46,122 nt of DNA, taken from Moniliella sp. 'wahieum' (Eukaryota). This document shows, piece by piece, positions 13,470-25,564 of the stretch; positions within the stretch are counted from its first letter, which is position 1, and the number at the start of each line of letters is the position of its first letter. The position numbers were made by a program, and so were the translations under genes. The stretch is from the NCBI GenBank assembly GCA_003971905.1, contig RSEE01000005.1:1240001-1286122 (forward strand), read 5' to 3'. The notes below the pieces were generated by a model. That model saw nothing but the letters and a program-made list of their open reading frames with translations, did no database searches and was not told where the DNA came from.

Positions 13470-14327
13470 TTATTGTTGTCGGGCACCTGATCGGTGCTCT
13501 CTGGCACCGTATCCGCTTGTACCTTTGCTCGTGTTTGGCCAACTTGGACCGTGGTTGTCCATATCGATGTGGGGGTACGCATACAGTGCTATATGTTTCC
13601 CACTTTTGCCTTTCGTTTTTCTTCCCCTCTATATCCACCCTCCCTTCTACCCTTACTAGGTCTTTATGATCGCGGCTCGTCTTCCTCTGTACCACCCAAC
13701 ATGCCCCTGTGGCGTATGTCTCTCTCTATCGTCTTTGACTTGGATGCCGTTTGCTCGGTTTGTATAGATTTTAGTGCTCTTTCGCCTCCCCCGATCTTAT
13801 CGAGACGTGTGGAAGCATGCCCATGTGTCTTTTCATGTAATGGCCACACATCCAGCACTAGACAAGCAGAGCCAGCAGGACATGGACAAGCCGGCCAAGC
13901 TTTTACCCTGCGCGACGTACTTCTTCCTCATCGCCAAGCCCTTGGACCATTGCCTCTTCTCTCTCTATACCCTTTGTCGTCCGACTACCAACACTCAATA
14001 CGAAATCAAGTGCTCATTAAGCGAGCCACTGAGGGAACCAGGAGCGCCCAAGCAGAACCGCATAGCAAGTGGAAGCGGATAAGATCCGAAACGCAGTGGA
14101 GGTATGATTCAGAGTGTGTGGCATATGGATACGATCTTCGAAACGCAACTGGAGGTATCATACAGAGAGTGTTATCAACAGCAAAGGCAAGGTGGGCCGG
14201 AATTCAGTTAGGCGGGAAGACTCGATGGGAGACAAAGGGTGGGGAGTAGGTGTGGGAGGCGAGGGGGTATAGAGAGCCCCATACTCCTGACCGCAGCACC
14301 TGAGGGCAAACTCAACAGATCTCTCTC

Positions 14328-16032
14328 TCATTCGCTCGGTCGAGGGGGGAGCAAGCTCGTTCGTTCATTTACTTGGGGCGAGATTGGTGGGACCGTCTGG
14401 GTCTGGGTGGATGCATGAGCGTGCGTCCGCCACGGCGAGAAGGGAATGCGCAACCAGTGTTCTCTTCTTGACACTTGTCCGGCAGTCCCTCTGTCCTCGG
14501 ACCCGGAGGGTGCAGGCAAGGTCACGTCTCGTTTGCACACGGGGCAGCTGCGTCGTTGGCCTAGCAACCACTCATCCACCTCTTTCTGATGGAAAATGTG
14601 GCCACAGGGCAGGACACGTACCCATTCTCCCTCCAAAAACCGAGACAGATGGCACATTGATCCGAGTAAAACCAGCTCCGACCTGGCGGTAGCAATCCCA
14701 TCGACTCGGCCGACAATGTACCCTCTAGCACTGCACCGGGTGTCACCGTCCCCGAAGCCCAGCCGTCGGCTTCGATGTCCTCGATTTCTTCCCCTGTTGG
14801 GCATGCCGCCAACCCTACGCGGGTGGAAGATTCGCCGTGGCCCCACCCTTGGCCTGCGGGTGGGTTAGGCGACCTAGGCAAGCCAGGCATGCTGGCTGAG
14901 CCCCAGGGAATGCCGTTGCCGTGGACGATGAGGCAAGGCAATTGCAGGACTACTACTTCGGGCGCGCGCGTCTCCTCATGTTCATCTGTCCGCTCTCGCT
15001 CCCGCTGCCGCACACACTGGGCCACCCGAATCAATACGTAGGGTACCAGCGCACTAAGCAAGACGGCCAGGACCCACCAAGTCGGCAGCCGAGCTGAGAA
15101 CACATATACACGCGGAACAAGTCAGCCTGGTCGGCGTACGCGGCCACAACGTTACACATCTGCCCAACGTACCCTTCCCCGTGGTCTGCGTCATCGTACA
15201 GCACCACCTCGATCCCAACAGGTTCCGCAGTCCTCGCGGTTTGGCCAGGACCTCTGCCGGATTTGTGTGCCAAGTCGGAAAGCAAGCGCTGCAGGTCGAG
15301 CAGACTGGGCCGGGTGACAAAGTGAGCGGGGATCCTCACGTCGTCCGCGGCACTCGTGGCTTGCATGGTGACCAGCTGCTTGTTGGCCAAGCCCGGGTCC
15401 ACCGTTTGGTTCACGCCGCGCCGATCTTGTCGCTGGCACCGCCATGCTCACGTCTGCTCGGCGCATCCCCGACCACCACCGCACGCGCGCCCAGCGCCTG
15501 GGCCAGTCGCACCTTGGCTACAAACGAACAGTTGCCACCACGCTCCACCAGCGCAATCCAATCGCCCGGTGGCGGAGGCGAAGATAAGGGCAAGATAGAG
15601 GACGACGACCGAGGCCCAGGCTCAGGCCCCGGCCCAGACTCAGACGCACAAGCATGTATCGCATTCGATCGCGCCTTTGCCCCGCGGTCGCCGGAGACAT
15701 CAGGGACCAGGTAGTGGGAAATTGGCAGGAGCGTACCGCGCAGCCCCGAGGACTGCCGTATTGCCTGTCCAAATGCGGCTCGACGTGTATTGTAGCTCGC
15801 TTGGGAACGTACCACTTCCAATACGCTCCGGCGCGACGTCTGCGTCAGCATGGGAGGCAAAGGAGCACTTACAGCAGCGGAGGCTTGCTGTTCGCTTTGC
15901 CTCGGAGGCCAGGCTGCCAGTGACGTGCCGGTGGATACCGTCGCCATACAGGGGAGGGCAAAGGGCAAGCAGGGCGAGGAGCAGGGTGCTGACGAGGTGC
16001 GCGATGGGGTTATTGGGGCGGCCGATGCGCAT
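14328..16032 (-). CDS. PA-domain, transmembrane RING-H2 E3 ubiquitin ligase (RNF13/RNF167-like architecture)
   Basis: Signal-like N-terminus '[25 protein letters not shown]'. PA motif '[32 protein letters not shown]'. Hydrophobic segment near 15030-15110. RING 'CAICL...[30 protein letters not shown]'. Confidence 0.88.
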
Positions 16033-16286
16033 GGCTGTGGCGTGATGGGCAGGGAGGCGGGGTGGTGTCGGTGGGGTATATCAACTCCACAGCGCAGGCG
16101 GCGGCGCTGGAAAGGCGCAAACACCAGCAGATCCACCCACGCAAAGCTCACACTGAGATACCCTTGCGGCGCTCGGGGGGCGACTTGATGAGATAGATAG
16201 GGCGATAACAGCAGTAAATAGCCCCCTGTCAAGTCGGTTAGATCCACACAGATGATAAGGCACGCCTCTTTGAGGTGTGCAGCGAT

Positions 16287-16379
16287 GGCGAGATAGCGAA
16301 GTGGTTAACGCGCTGTGTTTAGGTTCTCTGGCCTCAACCGCAGTCCTCCGGGGCGTGGGTTCGAACCCCACTCTCGTCA
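16287..16379 (+). tRNA. tRNA-Leu(TAG) with ~14-nt intron (16324-16337)
   Basis: Acceptor GGCGAGA/TCTCGTC plus discriminator A. D-arm TAGCGAAGTGGTTAACGC. Anticodon stem CTGTG/CGCAG with TAG at 16320-16322. Long variable arm. T-arm GTGGG-TTCGAAC-CCCAC. TTTT follows at 16381. Confidence 0.93.
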
Positions 16380-18195
16380 CTTTTGTCGCTCCATATTTTT
16401 AACCCCCTCATATTTATGCTTCCGTGGCCTGGCTCGCCCCCTCCCTCTCCACCATCCCCATTCAGTCCCGCAGGTTCTGCATTTTCCTCTTTGCAGGTAT
16501 CTGTATGCGCATCGTACCCACACAGAACAACTCGCTCTACAATCTTGGGCTCGAGGCCGCCTGAGGGCCTGAGGCCTTGCAGCTTGAAGCTTGAGGATTG
16601 CAGCATGTGTTCTTTGGCTGGCCTCGCGCCACTTGTCGTGTGGCAGGTGGGTATGAAATTTTGCAAGAGAAGAGAGAGGCAGAGACCTTCTGGATGAGGC
16701 AGGTGGCAGATGCACTTGAAGCCCAGGCAGCGAGGCGCAGTAAGACGCAGCACTGGCGCAGCGCTGGCTTGAAGTTGGGTTTGCTGCCGGCGGGCGTTGA
16801 GAATGGTGTGGTGGGGGTGCCGGTGACAGTGCGGGACAGTACGCACCTGTGATATGTGATACCCATCGGAGTGGACCAGGGGCCTGGTTAGAGGTTTGCG
16901 TTTACGCGTTTACTTTACGCGTCCAATTTGACAGCCATATGAATATGACCCTGCCAAACCCTGTCATATTTATCCCATCGTACCCGGCGGCACTGTCATG
17001 ATGCATGATGCATCCTTTGTTTTCTCTTTTCTCTTTTCCCTTTTTTCTTTTCCCTTTTCCTTTCCCCTATGACTTCGCTCGTCTTGGGCCTTATAGGCGT
17101 TCGCGGGCTCGAGGCGCTGAGAGGTTGTAGATGCTTTGCTGCATGAGCGCTGAGCCTCAGCATCGAGCATGTGCAGCAAACCAAATGTGATTTCCGTCAA
17201 GAAAAAAGCAACCGCAGAGTGTTTAGCCTAGGATAAAAGGCGTCGATAGCCGGGAATCGGTAATCGATAATCATCCGGTGGGCCTATAGTCGGCACACCT
17301 GAAGCCATACATCATGATGCATGAGGTACGCATCAAGAAGTTTGGCTTGAAGCTTGAAGCTTGAGCTTATTCCGATTCACCGTTTGCAACCGCGCTGTAG
17401 ATCGCGGTGTGTGGAACTTGGATGGAGTGTCCGTGCGGGCGCCGGGCGTGTTCAAGCTGAATAAGGTTCAAGGTTCAACGTTGCATGTGGAACGTTGAAG
17501 CTTGAAGATGCGTTGACGATGGCAACGATCTGGGACTGCTTTTGCCGTATATGTGTATCCCTGACATTGGGATCTGCAGCAGGATCTACAATGTGTATAC
17601 TGGATCGGTCCTTGTCAACATCTTATCCGTCGAACACACACCCGCCCCCCCTCTCGGTCGTCACCATGATGTCACCGCAACCCTTAACACCGGGACCCCC
17701 TTTTTGTTGGGGCGATGCCCCAATCAGCACGCAATCCTGGGTGATATATAGGCATCACTCCTCTTATCCGCCCGGACGCTCCCTCTGCTCCCCGATACCC
17801 TCGGCTTTACAAGGTCCTACCCTTCATAGCCTCCTGTATCTCTCCTCAGGGCCACCCGCCACCATCTCCTCTCAGATCTGACTCAGATCTCACTCCCCTT
17901 AGCAGGCTAACCTAGATGCAAGCTGGCTGGGGCACAGTTCTTCATTTATTGGGTTCTGTGGTGGTCAGCGACGACGATGTTAGCCGGTCAACTTCAACGT
18001 TGTGTGTGTGGACGGCTTGATGAGAGTGCGAGCTATGGATGGATGTCGATGAGCTCGATGAGCGTGAAAGCCCTGTGTGACATGTGAGTACGTGTGAGTC
18101 TCATTACTCAGACTGAGTACCTCAGTACTCAGACTGTCAGTACTCAGACTGAGTGTACTGAGTAGTAGTGACATGTGACATGTGCCATGTGACGC

Positions 18196-18880
18196 GCATT
18201 ATGTTGCATCCATTTCGCGTTACGCGTTGCGCCTTACGCGTTACGCGCTACGGTCCTCCCTGCTGATTCTTATTGAGCAGCTGCAACCCACAATTTACCT
18301 ATCGTTACGCGTACGCCTCACACATGTCACAGGCCTCATTGACCTCTTCGGTACCTTAGATCCCCTACATGTTACGCCTTCGGGTGTCACATGTCAGGTT
18401 CTGTGTTACTAGTCACTTGTCCGTCCGTAGTTTTGTGACGTCTACTGTTACACGTCACGCTAGCCTCTCGGATCCGCCTTAGGGCCTAGGGCCTCCTGGG
18501 GCTTGAGGCTCAAGCTTCAAGAGCTTGAGGGGCCTCAGGCGGCCTGCATTATTTTGCATCCATTTGGCGTTACGCGTTACGCGTTACGCGTTACACGTTA
18601 CGGTCCTCTTGCTGATTCTTATTGAGCAGCTGCAACCTACACTTTACCTATCGTTTTACGCGCACGCCTCACACATGTCACAGGCCTCATTGACCTCTTC
18701 GGTGCCTTAGATCCCCCTACATGCTTAGTACACCCCGGGTGTCACATGTCAGGTTCTGTGTTACTAGTCACTTGTCCGTCCGTAGCTTTGACACGCCTAT
18801 CGTCACACGTCACACTAGCCTAGAGGCCGCCTTAGGCCTTAGGCCTTAGGCCTCTTGAAGCTTGAGAGCTTGAGGCCTGA
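18196..18880. repeat. Diverged tandem duplication, 2 x ~350 bp
   Basis: Copy 1 starts GCATTATGTTGCATCCATTT at 18196 and copy 2 starts GCATTATTTTGCATCCATTT at 18546. Long identical blocks are shared, e.g. TGCTGATTCTTATTGAGCAGCTGCAACC and CGGGTGTCACATGTCAGGTTCTGTGTTACTAGTCACTTGTCCGTCCGTAG. Confidence 0.95.
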
Positions 18881-19757
18881 CCGGGACCCCGCCTGACCGC
18901 CTGGGCCTGACCATCAGGCCTCAGTGCCTCAGGGCTGTGAACGGGTCTTCTGCGGCACGCTGCAGCACGACCCTCAGGCTGAAATCTCTCACTAGGGATT
19001 TGCCGCTTGCCAGGATAGTAACTAGGATGCCTAATGCCGGCGGTGCATAATGCAAGTCAGTCACATGTCATGTATGACATGGACAACCCTCCTTCGGGGC
19101 CTTGCTGGGTCCATTTGTTCGAGTCAGCGCTCAGCTCATCAGCGCATCAACGCCAGCCTCGCTGTCTGATTTTCTGCCACGAAGATCACATTGATGCCTG
19201 ACAGAGGTCTGGCCACCTGCTGGCGCGTGATGCATGATGTATGACGCGTGACGCACTACTCCATCACGCATCCTGCACATCATCGATCATCATGCATATC
19301 ATGCATCATGCCGCATGTGCATCCCCTCAGTTTCTTCCGCCTCTCGCGATCCACACAAAATGTTGTGCCCTGTGCCTGTGTTGCCGTGCCAGGACCCTCG
19401 GTCTCTGTCTTGGTTCTGTCTTTCTTCCGCTGGAACCCACGGACCCCGACGACGGCAATGCAGGCAGCTCTAGGTTACTTATATTAAGCGTTTCCTCCTC
19501 TTTATCTTCGTGCCGCGCTTCCTCTTCCGTCGCGTTCCGTCCAGCGCTCCCTCCTTGCGCTCTTACGGTCCGGCCATCTAACACCACTTCCACCACTTCC
19601 ACCACTTCCACCTGCTTCACAACCCCCCACCCCGCCCCGCCCGCCCGCTCCCTTTACCCTACACTGGCGGCTTCATTATGCAGTCACGGAAGGGCGATCT
19701 ATTGATCCCCCCCTCCCCTCCCCCCCGCCCCAAGGTCCAACCCAAGCAGAGTCCAGT

Positions 19758-21669
19758 ATGCCCCGCATTGAGTCTTCACTGTCTGTATCCGACTCTACTA
19801 CCGACACTGGTCTGAACCGTGACCGGCACTCTCCTCTCGTCCGTCCTGACTCGACAACAACGGTGTATGACGGTTCCGCCACGCCAGCCAGCAAATTGTC
19901 CAAGGACGATCTCCATCCTTCCTCTCGCACGGCCAGTGCTAGCGCCGCAGTCAATGCCTCCACCATTGACGAAGCTGGCAATGAGTGGGTGCCAATCCAT
20001 CCGCGCAAACCTTACGCTAGCAAATATTCGGAATCCTGGATGGGTTCCTCCATTCCCTCCACTTCGTCCACCCCCAGGATGGATCTGCCAGCTCCCTCTA
20101 CTAACGCTTATTACATCGAAGAGACGTCCAGGGTCGATTTGGAAGAGGTGTGTGCATATTTCTCCCGCTCAAGACCATTGAGTGAAAGATGAGAATGACT
20201 TATGCCTAACCCGGTTCTCATTCTGTGTGCACCTGATCAGACTCCAGCTGGCGAAAAGACCCCCGGGGCAAACGGTGCTGATAGAGCTAAAACTGATTTA
20301 GGGCATGAGCCTGTCCCACCACCCAAAGCTTGGGTCAGGCGCCACCGATGGTGGCTGGTTTGCCTTCTCGTCCTCGTCGTCTTGGCAGTTGGGCTTGGGG
20401 CTGGTTTGGGCGCCGGCCTGTCGTCTAAAGACTCCTCCTCCCACGGTCATCCTGCGAGCAAGCATCACCATCGCCCACTTGACTCGAGCGGTAACGACCC
20501 TAGAAGATCACCCCACTTCCTCGATGGAAGTGGTCCAATTCTTCTTCCAAGGCCTACGGTGTCGGTCTAGGCAACTGGCTTGTTCACGAGCGATGGATAC
20601 GAGAATTGGTGGGTGACCTATGCTCCGAATGCAGGGGACGAATGGACATTTCACCAAACACTGGGGAACCAAACCACCAAGGTATTGGATGAATATATGT
20701 CCACCTTTATCAACGAGACTGACGTGGAGTTGATGAGCCAAGTGGGCATCAACATGGTCCGCATCCCTTGTGCTTATTGGTTTTGGGTCCCGACCCAAGG
20801 CCGCGAACCGTACATCAACGGAACCCACCTTGACCATCTGACCCAGATGATGGGCTGGCTATGGAAGCGCGGGATGCGCGCAGTGATCGACCTGCACCAG
20901 ATGATGGGCTCGCAATCGGGCGATCAGGCCAGTGGACAATCCACCCTCATCCCACCTGGTGGAACTCTACGAACCAGGACCGGTCGGACGAACTGATCCA
21001 CGCGCTGGTCGCTTGGCTCGAGCACCACCCCTACCGTTCTGTTGTGGCGGCGATCACACCGGTCAACGAGCCCAACGGCCCGATCGGTGCCACTCCCAGC
21101 CACTTGCAAAAGACCATGGCCTTCTACAACCGAACTTACTCTGTTCTCCCGCTGCCAACTTGACCATGTTTTTCCACCATGGGTTTGCACCCAACCCGGC
21201 CGAGTACTGGCAGGATTTTGCGCAGGATAAGGATCCCGACCTTCTTGTATTCAATGACAACCCCTACCCAGGCTTTTACCCGGCCAAGAACACACCATCC
21301 GACGTCTACCAGTCCGTCTGCAACAACGTCAATAGCTACGTCTCCTTCCCTGTGCCCACCGTCATGACGGAATGGAGCTTGATCAGCGGCATCGTGGGCA
21401 ACGCAACGTTCAATGCGGAGTACTTCCAAGCGCAGGCATCCGCATACGGCTGGTCGGGCGGTAGCTTCTTCTGGAGCTACAAGGTGCTGAAGTCTAGCCA
21501 TCCCACCTATGCCGCAACGGCTATCTGGCAGGCCCAGTGGAGCTTCTTCTCCCAGCTTCAGGCCGGTAATGTCCCACGGGTCCAACCGGGCCAGAACCCT
21601 CAACAGTTCTTCACTTCCCTCTCCAACCAGCCCTGTGGCCCGGCGCCCGAAATGAGCTGGTCACGCTAA
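19758..21669 (+). CDS. Glycoside hydrolase family 5 (exo-beta-1,3-glucanase-like), type II membrane-anchored
   Basis: Disordered N-terminus, intron ~20148-20240, TM 'WWLVCLLVLVVLAVGLGAGLGAGL'. GH5 motifs 'GVGLGNWLVHERW', 'INMVRIPCAYW', 'AVIDLH', acid/base 'VNEP', nucleophile region 'VMTEWSL' and 'FFWSYK'. Confidence 0.9.
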
Positions 21670-23008
21670 GCCTTTCATCCAACCCCATTCATCGTTCACG
21701 TTGAAGCCTGCTCTGTTCGTTCGACACGTTCATGTCACCAGTCTTCGTTCAACGTTTACATCTCCCCCCTTTCCCTCGCGGTTGCTTTTCCGCCGAATGA
21801 CACTCCTTTCAACTCCCTGCACACCCGCCCAGCTGCCCCCCTCTCATCCATTCTTTCCTTCTAGTCGCGGTACCTGCTGTTGCGTTCCCTACTTCCCACT
21901 TGCCTCTTCTCTTCTCGTTCGCATTCTTTTTTCTGAAGACCACACGTGTCTTTCCTTTTGCGGATGCTCTGGGCCCGTGCAGTTCGTCATGCCACCGTCC
22001 AACTATCTATTTTATTGGCCTCATCATCTTCTCCCGCTTCATAACATCAGTTACAATGGAGGTGGCCGAATAAGTTGTTATCTGCAAACATTGGATAGCC
22101 GAGCAAGCGGAGGGCCGTCACACGTAGTTCCATGCGTCTGCATTCGTGCCCTTCACGTCCCCGGCTCTGCTTTATCGGCCCTTCTCGCAAATTGTTCAAT
22201 GGGGGGCTTACGCATACTGTCGGGATCAGACAGACCCACCTGGTCACCCATAGTTACCAGGTTAACTGGCCCCTGATTTGTTCTAGACCGCGTTTTCCCC
22301 TTTTTTGTCTAAGCTCCCCCTTGCTAAGGGTATTAGTACTACTAGGGTTCGCCTGCACTCTCTCCAATGGATAGGTGACGCTCGCTGGTTCGGGTGATTC
22401 GCCCCTTGCGCGGGCCAAGCATGCACCCCTTTGTCTGTTTCGACTTGCTTGCTTGGCTCTTGTCTTCTTCCCTTCAGCTTGCTTGAAGGACTTGTGGCTG
22501 ACTGCCCTGCCTTATTGCACGTCTTCATGAAGCTCATCTTTCGTGCTGCCCATAATAGCGTTCCCTAGCCGCACTCTAGCACACCCCTGTCTTTCTCTGT
22601 GTGATTTAGCTCGCATGTTCTCTTCTTCTCCGGACTGGTATATACTATCCCTCGCCCCCTTTCCACTCGATGAATATGATCCTCATGCTTTCCCCTATCT
22701 CCATCTCCTGTTACATATTGAGGTCTGGCAGGGAAACTCACTACACTGTAGTATCTAGACAATGGCACGCCGCAACACACTCTAGAACTAATAAGTGTAG
22801 AGACCAACCAAGATTAAGAGGGGAAACTATTAGAGGGTATAAGCATTATCGTTCAAGCTTCATTTCACGCGAGCAGGAGACGGTGCAGATCGGATAAATA
22901 GGACATCCAAAGCAAAGAGAGAGCAAGGGAAGGGGAAGAGGGGGGCGTAAGAGAGACAGACAAATAGGGGCACCACAGCCAACAGTACAGGTGGCACGGG
23001 AGGCACGC

Positions 23009-25564
23009 CTAATGGTTGCGCAGCCGACGGTGGCGCTGTAACGCATCCCTTCGGCTAAACACGATCCCACACCCTTTCACCCCATCGCACCGGTTCTCTC
23101 CCCACCGCCAACGTGCGTGCCAAGTCCACCTCTTTCCCCAGCACCACACATTGCCCCACTTCAATCCGCTTCTCCCGCACCCACCGACTTTCTTCCTTTG
23201 CATGGATCGATTCCCGATGCCGCGCCAAATCGTAGTACCGATTACACTTGGTCCCACACCGTTCTCCCGTCAACGGACTGGTATAATCGCACCAAAATGT
23301 CCCTTTGCTCCCCACGTTGGGAGGCTTGGTCAGTCGTGAACCTGCCTGCGGCACCTTGGGATGCGCTTGCGATCCCGCCAGCTTGGGGCGTTACATCCGG
23401 CGGTATCTGCATATCGTCCCCGATCCTATGGGCCTCTGTCCGGGACCCGGACACCGATCCGGACGACGTGGTGTGGGACGAAGCCTCGGCCGAAACCGAG
23501 CCAAGCCGACCCCGCCCATCATCCAGCTGAGGCAAAGGATGCAGCGGTAAAGACGGGGGAGGCGAAGAACCGGGTGCTGCGGGCGGGACAAAGGGCAAAT
23601 GAGCATCGAGATGTGCGACGGCAGCGACGCTTGGCGCGGAACGATTGGCACCCAAGGCCGCTCCCACGAATGGTCTGCACTGGCTCGGGCGGGATGGGCC
23701 CCCAATCGCGTACCACGCAGGTCCGACGCCGGCGTCGGGCCCAAAGAGGGGAGGAACCCAAGGGCGGCCATTGGCATGCCCCCAGCGGCGAACGGAACAC
23801 TCCATTGTACGTCCTCTTGGCCCACTCGCCAACTCCTGCCAGATCGCCTGTCCCACCCTCGGATGACGGCGCGAGTAGAGGAGCAGGATCCACGTCCCTC
23901 CCCCCGCCAATGGCGACCCCATCAGGGACAGGAGATGCGGCTCATTGGGCGACAGGAGATGGGGTTCATGCGGCGAGTGCGAGGCTAGCTTGGCAGTTGG
24001 TGCGTAGCTGGGCGACGGGTAGACTTCATTTGCCCCTTGCGTGCCCCGCATCCGGTTCCGTCATGGGCCGCGAGCGAGAGGGTCGCCAGAAATGGCCATT
24101 GTTGGGAGGGGCAGTGCAAGCATGGGCATGGAGAGAGGTAGGGGTCCCGGTACGCCTTCCACTCCCTGCATGCGGCACCTCCATCGGCCCTGATGGCCCG
24201 GCGGGTGCGACGCAGCGGGCCCAGCTGGACGAAGAGGGGGGAGGGAAGAGGGAACGGGGTCTTCCGACAAGGATACAGGAGCAGCAGTAGCTGTAGCTGC
24301 CTCGGACGCTACCCAGGTAGAGGTGGGAAAGCAAGGTGATCCGAGGGAAGCGGCCGTATCCCCCGACACGGTCGTCGAGAACGGAGGGTTGAACCAGGAG
24401 CTCTGCTGTCCCGTCTGCGGTCCCAGGCCAGGCTCGTGCGGCGGACCATATGTCTGTGTATCATCATCGACAACAGCGGGCGAAAGACGGTTGCGTGGAG
24501 AGACCGGCAGCCAGGGGAGAACCGAAGGGGGGCTTCGGGGAGTGGGACAGACGAGAGCGGCGGAGTAGAGTCCTGGTTCGAACATGGGACCAGTCTTATT
24601 TTCCGCGGCGGAGATCCAGAGGCATATGGTCCGTCCGCCGGAGATCCGGAGGCATATGATCCGTCTCGCGCCGGGTCTGGCCGAGTGAGCAGAGCAGCAG
24701 GCACAGCCATCGGGTCCGCCACCGACGCACGCTGCCACATCCGCCCGGCCGTACTGGCCCACGAGAAGGAGGTACGGAGTTGCGAAGAGTGATAGGAAGG
24801 TGCAGAGCCGCGGCGAATGGGCGAGTCGGATCCAAGGACCACCGAGAGGCGGGAGAGCAAGCCCATCTTGGTATCTGACGCCACCGAACTGCTTCGATCG
24901 GGGACCAGGGGCAATTGAGGAAAGACAGGAGGAAGCTGGAGAGACAGAACGGCGGTAATCACATGTCAGTCGGTCCCATCTTGGCCGGCCCACCGGATAT
25001 CCACAAGCACAACATACTGAATCAGTACCGGGGGGAGCATAGGCCAACGAGAGCGGCTCCCATCGGTGGCTGTTGTCGGCGGAGATGGAGAGCCCGGGGG
25101 CGAAGAGGGGCGACTGAGTGGGTGACAAAAGGGGGGGCTGGGAAGGCTGCGCGTCGGAGGCGGGAAGAAGGGCGGCGTCAAGATGAAACACGGGTGCCGA
25201 CGCAGAGGGGCCTGAGGGTGGAGGCGGAGGCGGAGGCGGAGGAAGGGACGAAGGAGATTGGGGCAGCGAATGGGGCGGCGGAGAGGGAGGCGGGGGTGGA
25301 GGCGAAAGCGGAGGCGGAGGCGGAGGCGGAGGCGGAGGCGATTGGAGCGGGGGCTGTGCCTCGTGCGCAGACGGGATGGGGCTGGTGCGGGCCAAGGCAC
25401 GGCTGGGGGCGAGCGGGAGGGTGAGGGTGAGCAGCGGCGGCGGCGGTGGGCTGCATACAGACACGGACACAGACGCAGGCGCAGGAGCAGGCGCGACAGC
25501 AGGCGCGACAGCAGACACAGGCGCAAGCGGCTGCGCCGACGTGGTGGGGCAGGCCATCAGATCT
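23009..25564 (-). CDS. C2H2 zinc-finger transcription factor, Rpn4-like C-terminal double finger, long disordered N-terminus
   Basis: 'FWCDYTSPLTGERCGTKCNRYYDLARHRESIHAK' and, after a frameshift, 'RCDGVKGCGIVFSRRDALQRHRRLRNH*'. Upstream same-strand Pro/Ser-rich ORFs. The start is uncertain (25564-25860). Confidence 0.8.

Noticed and set aside
21701..22276. 191-aa ORF downstream of GH5
   Set aside because: Non-ATG start, pyrimidine-rich UTR-like composition and no motif. Probably 3' UTR or intergenic.
25218..25340. (GGAGGC)n repeats
   Set aside because: Explained as poly-Pro (or Ala-Ser) coding low complexity in the zinc-finger gene.
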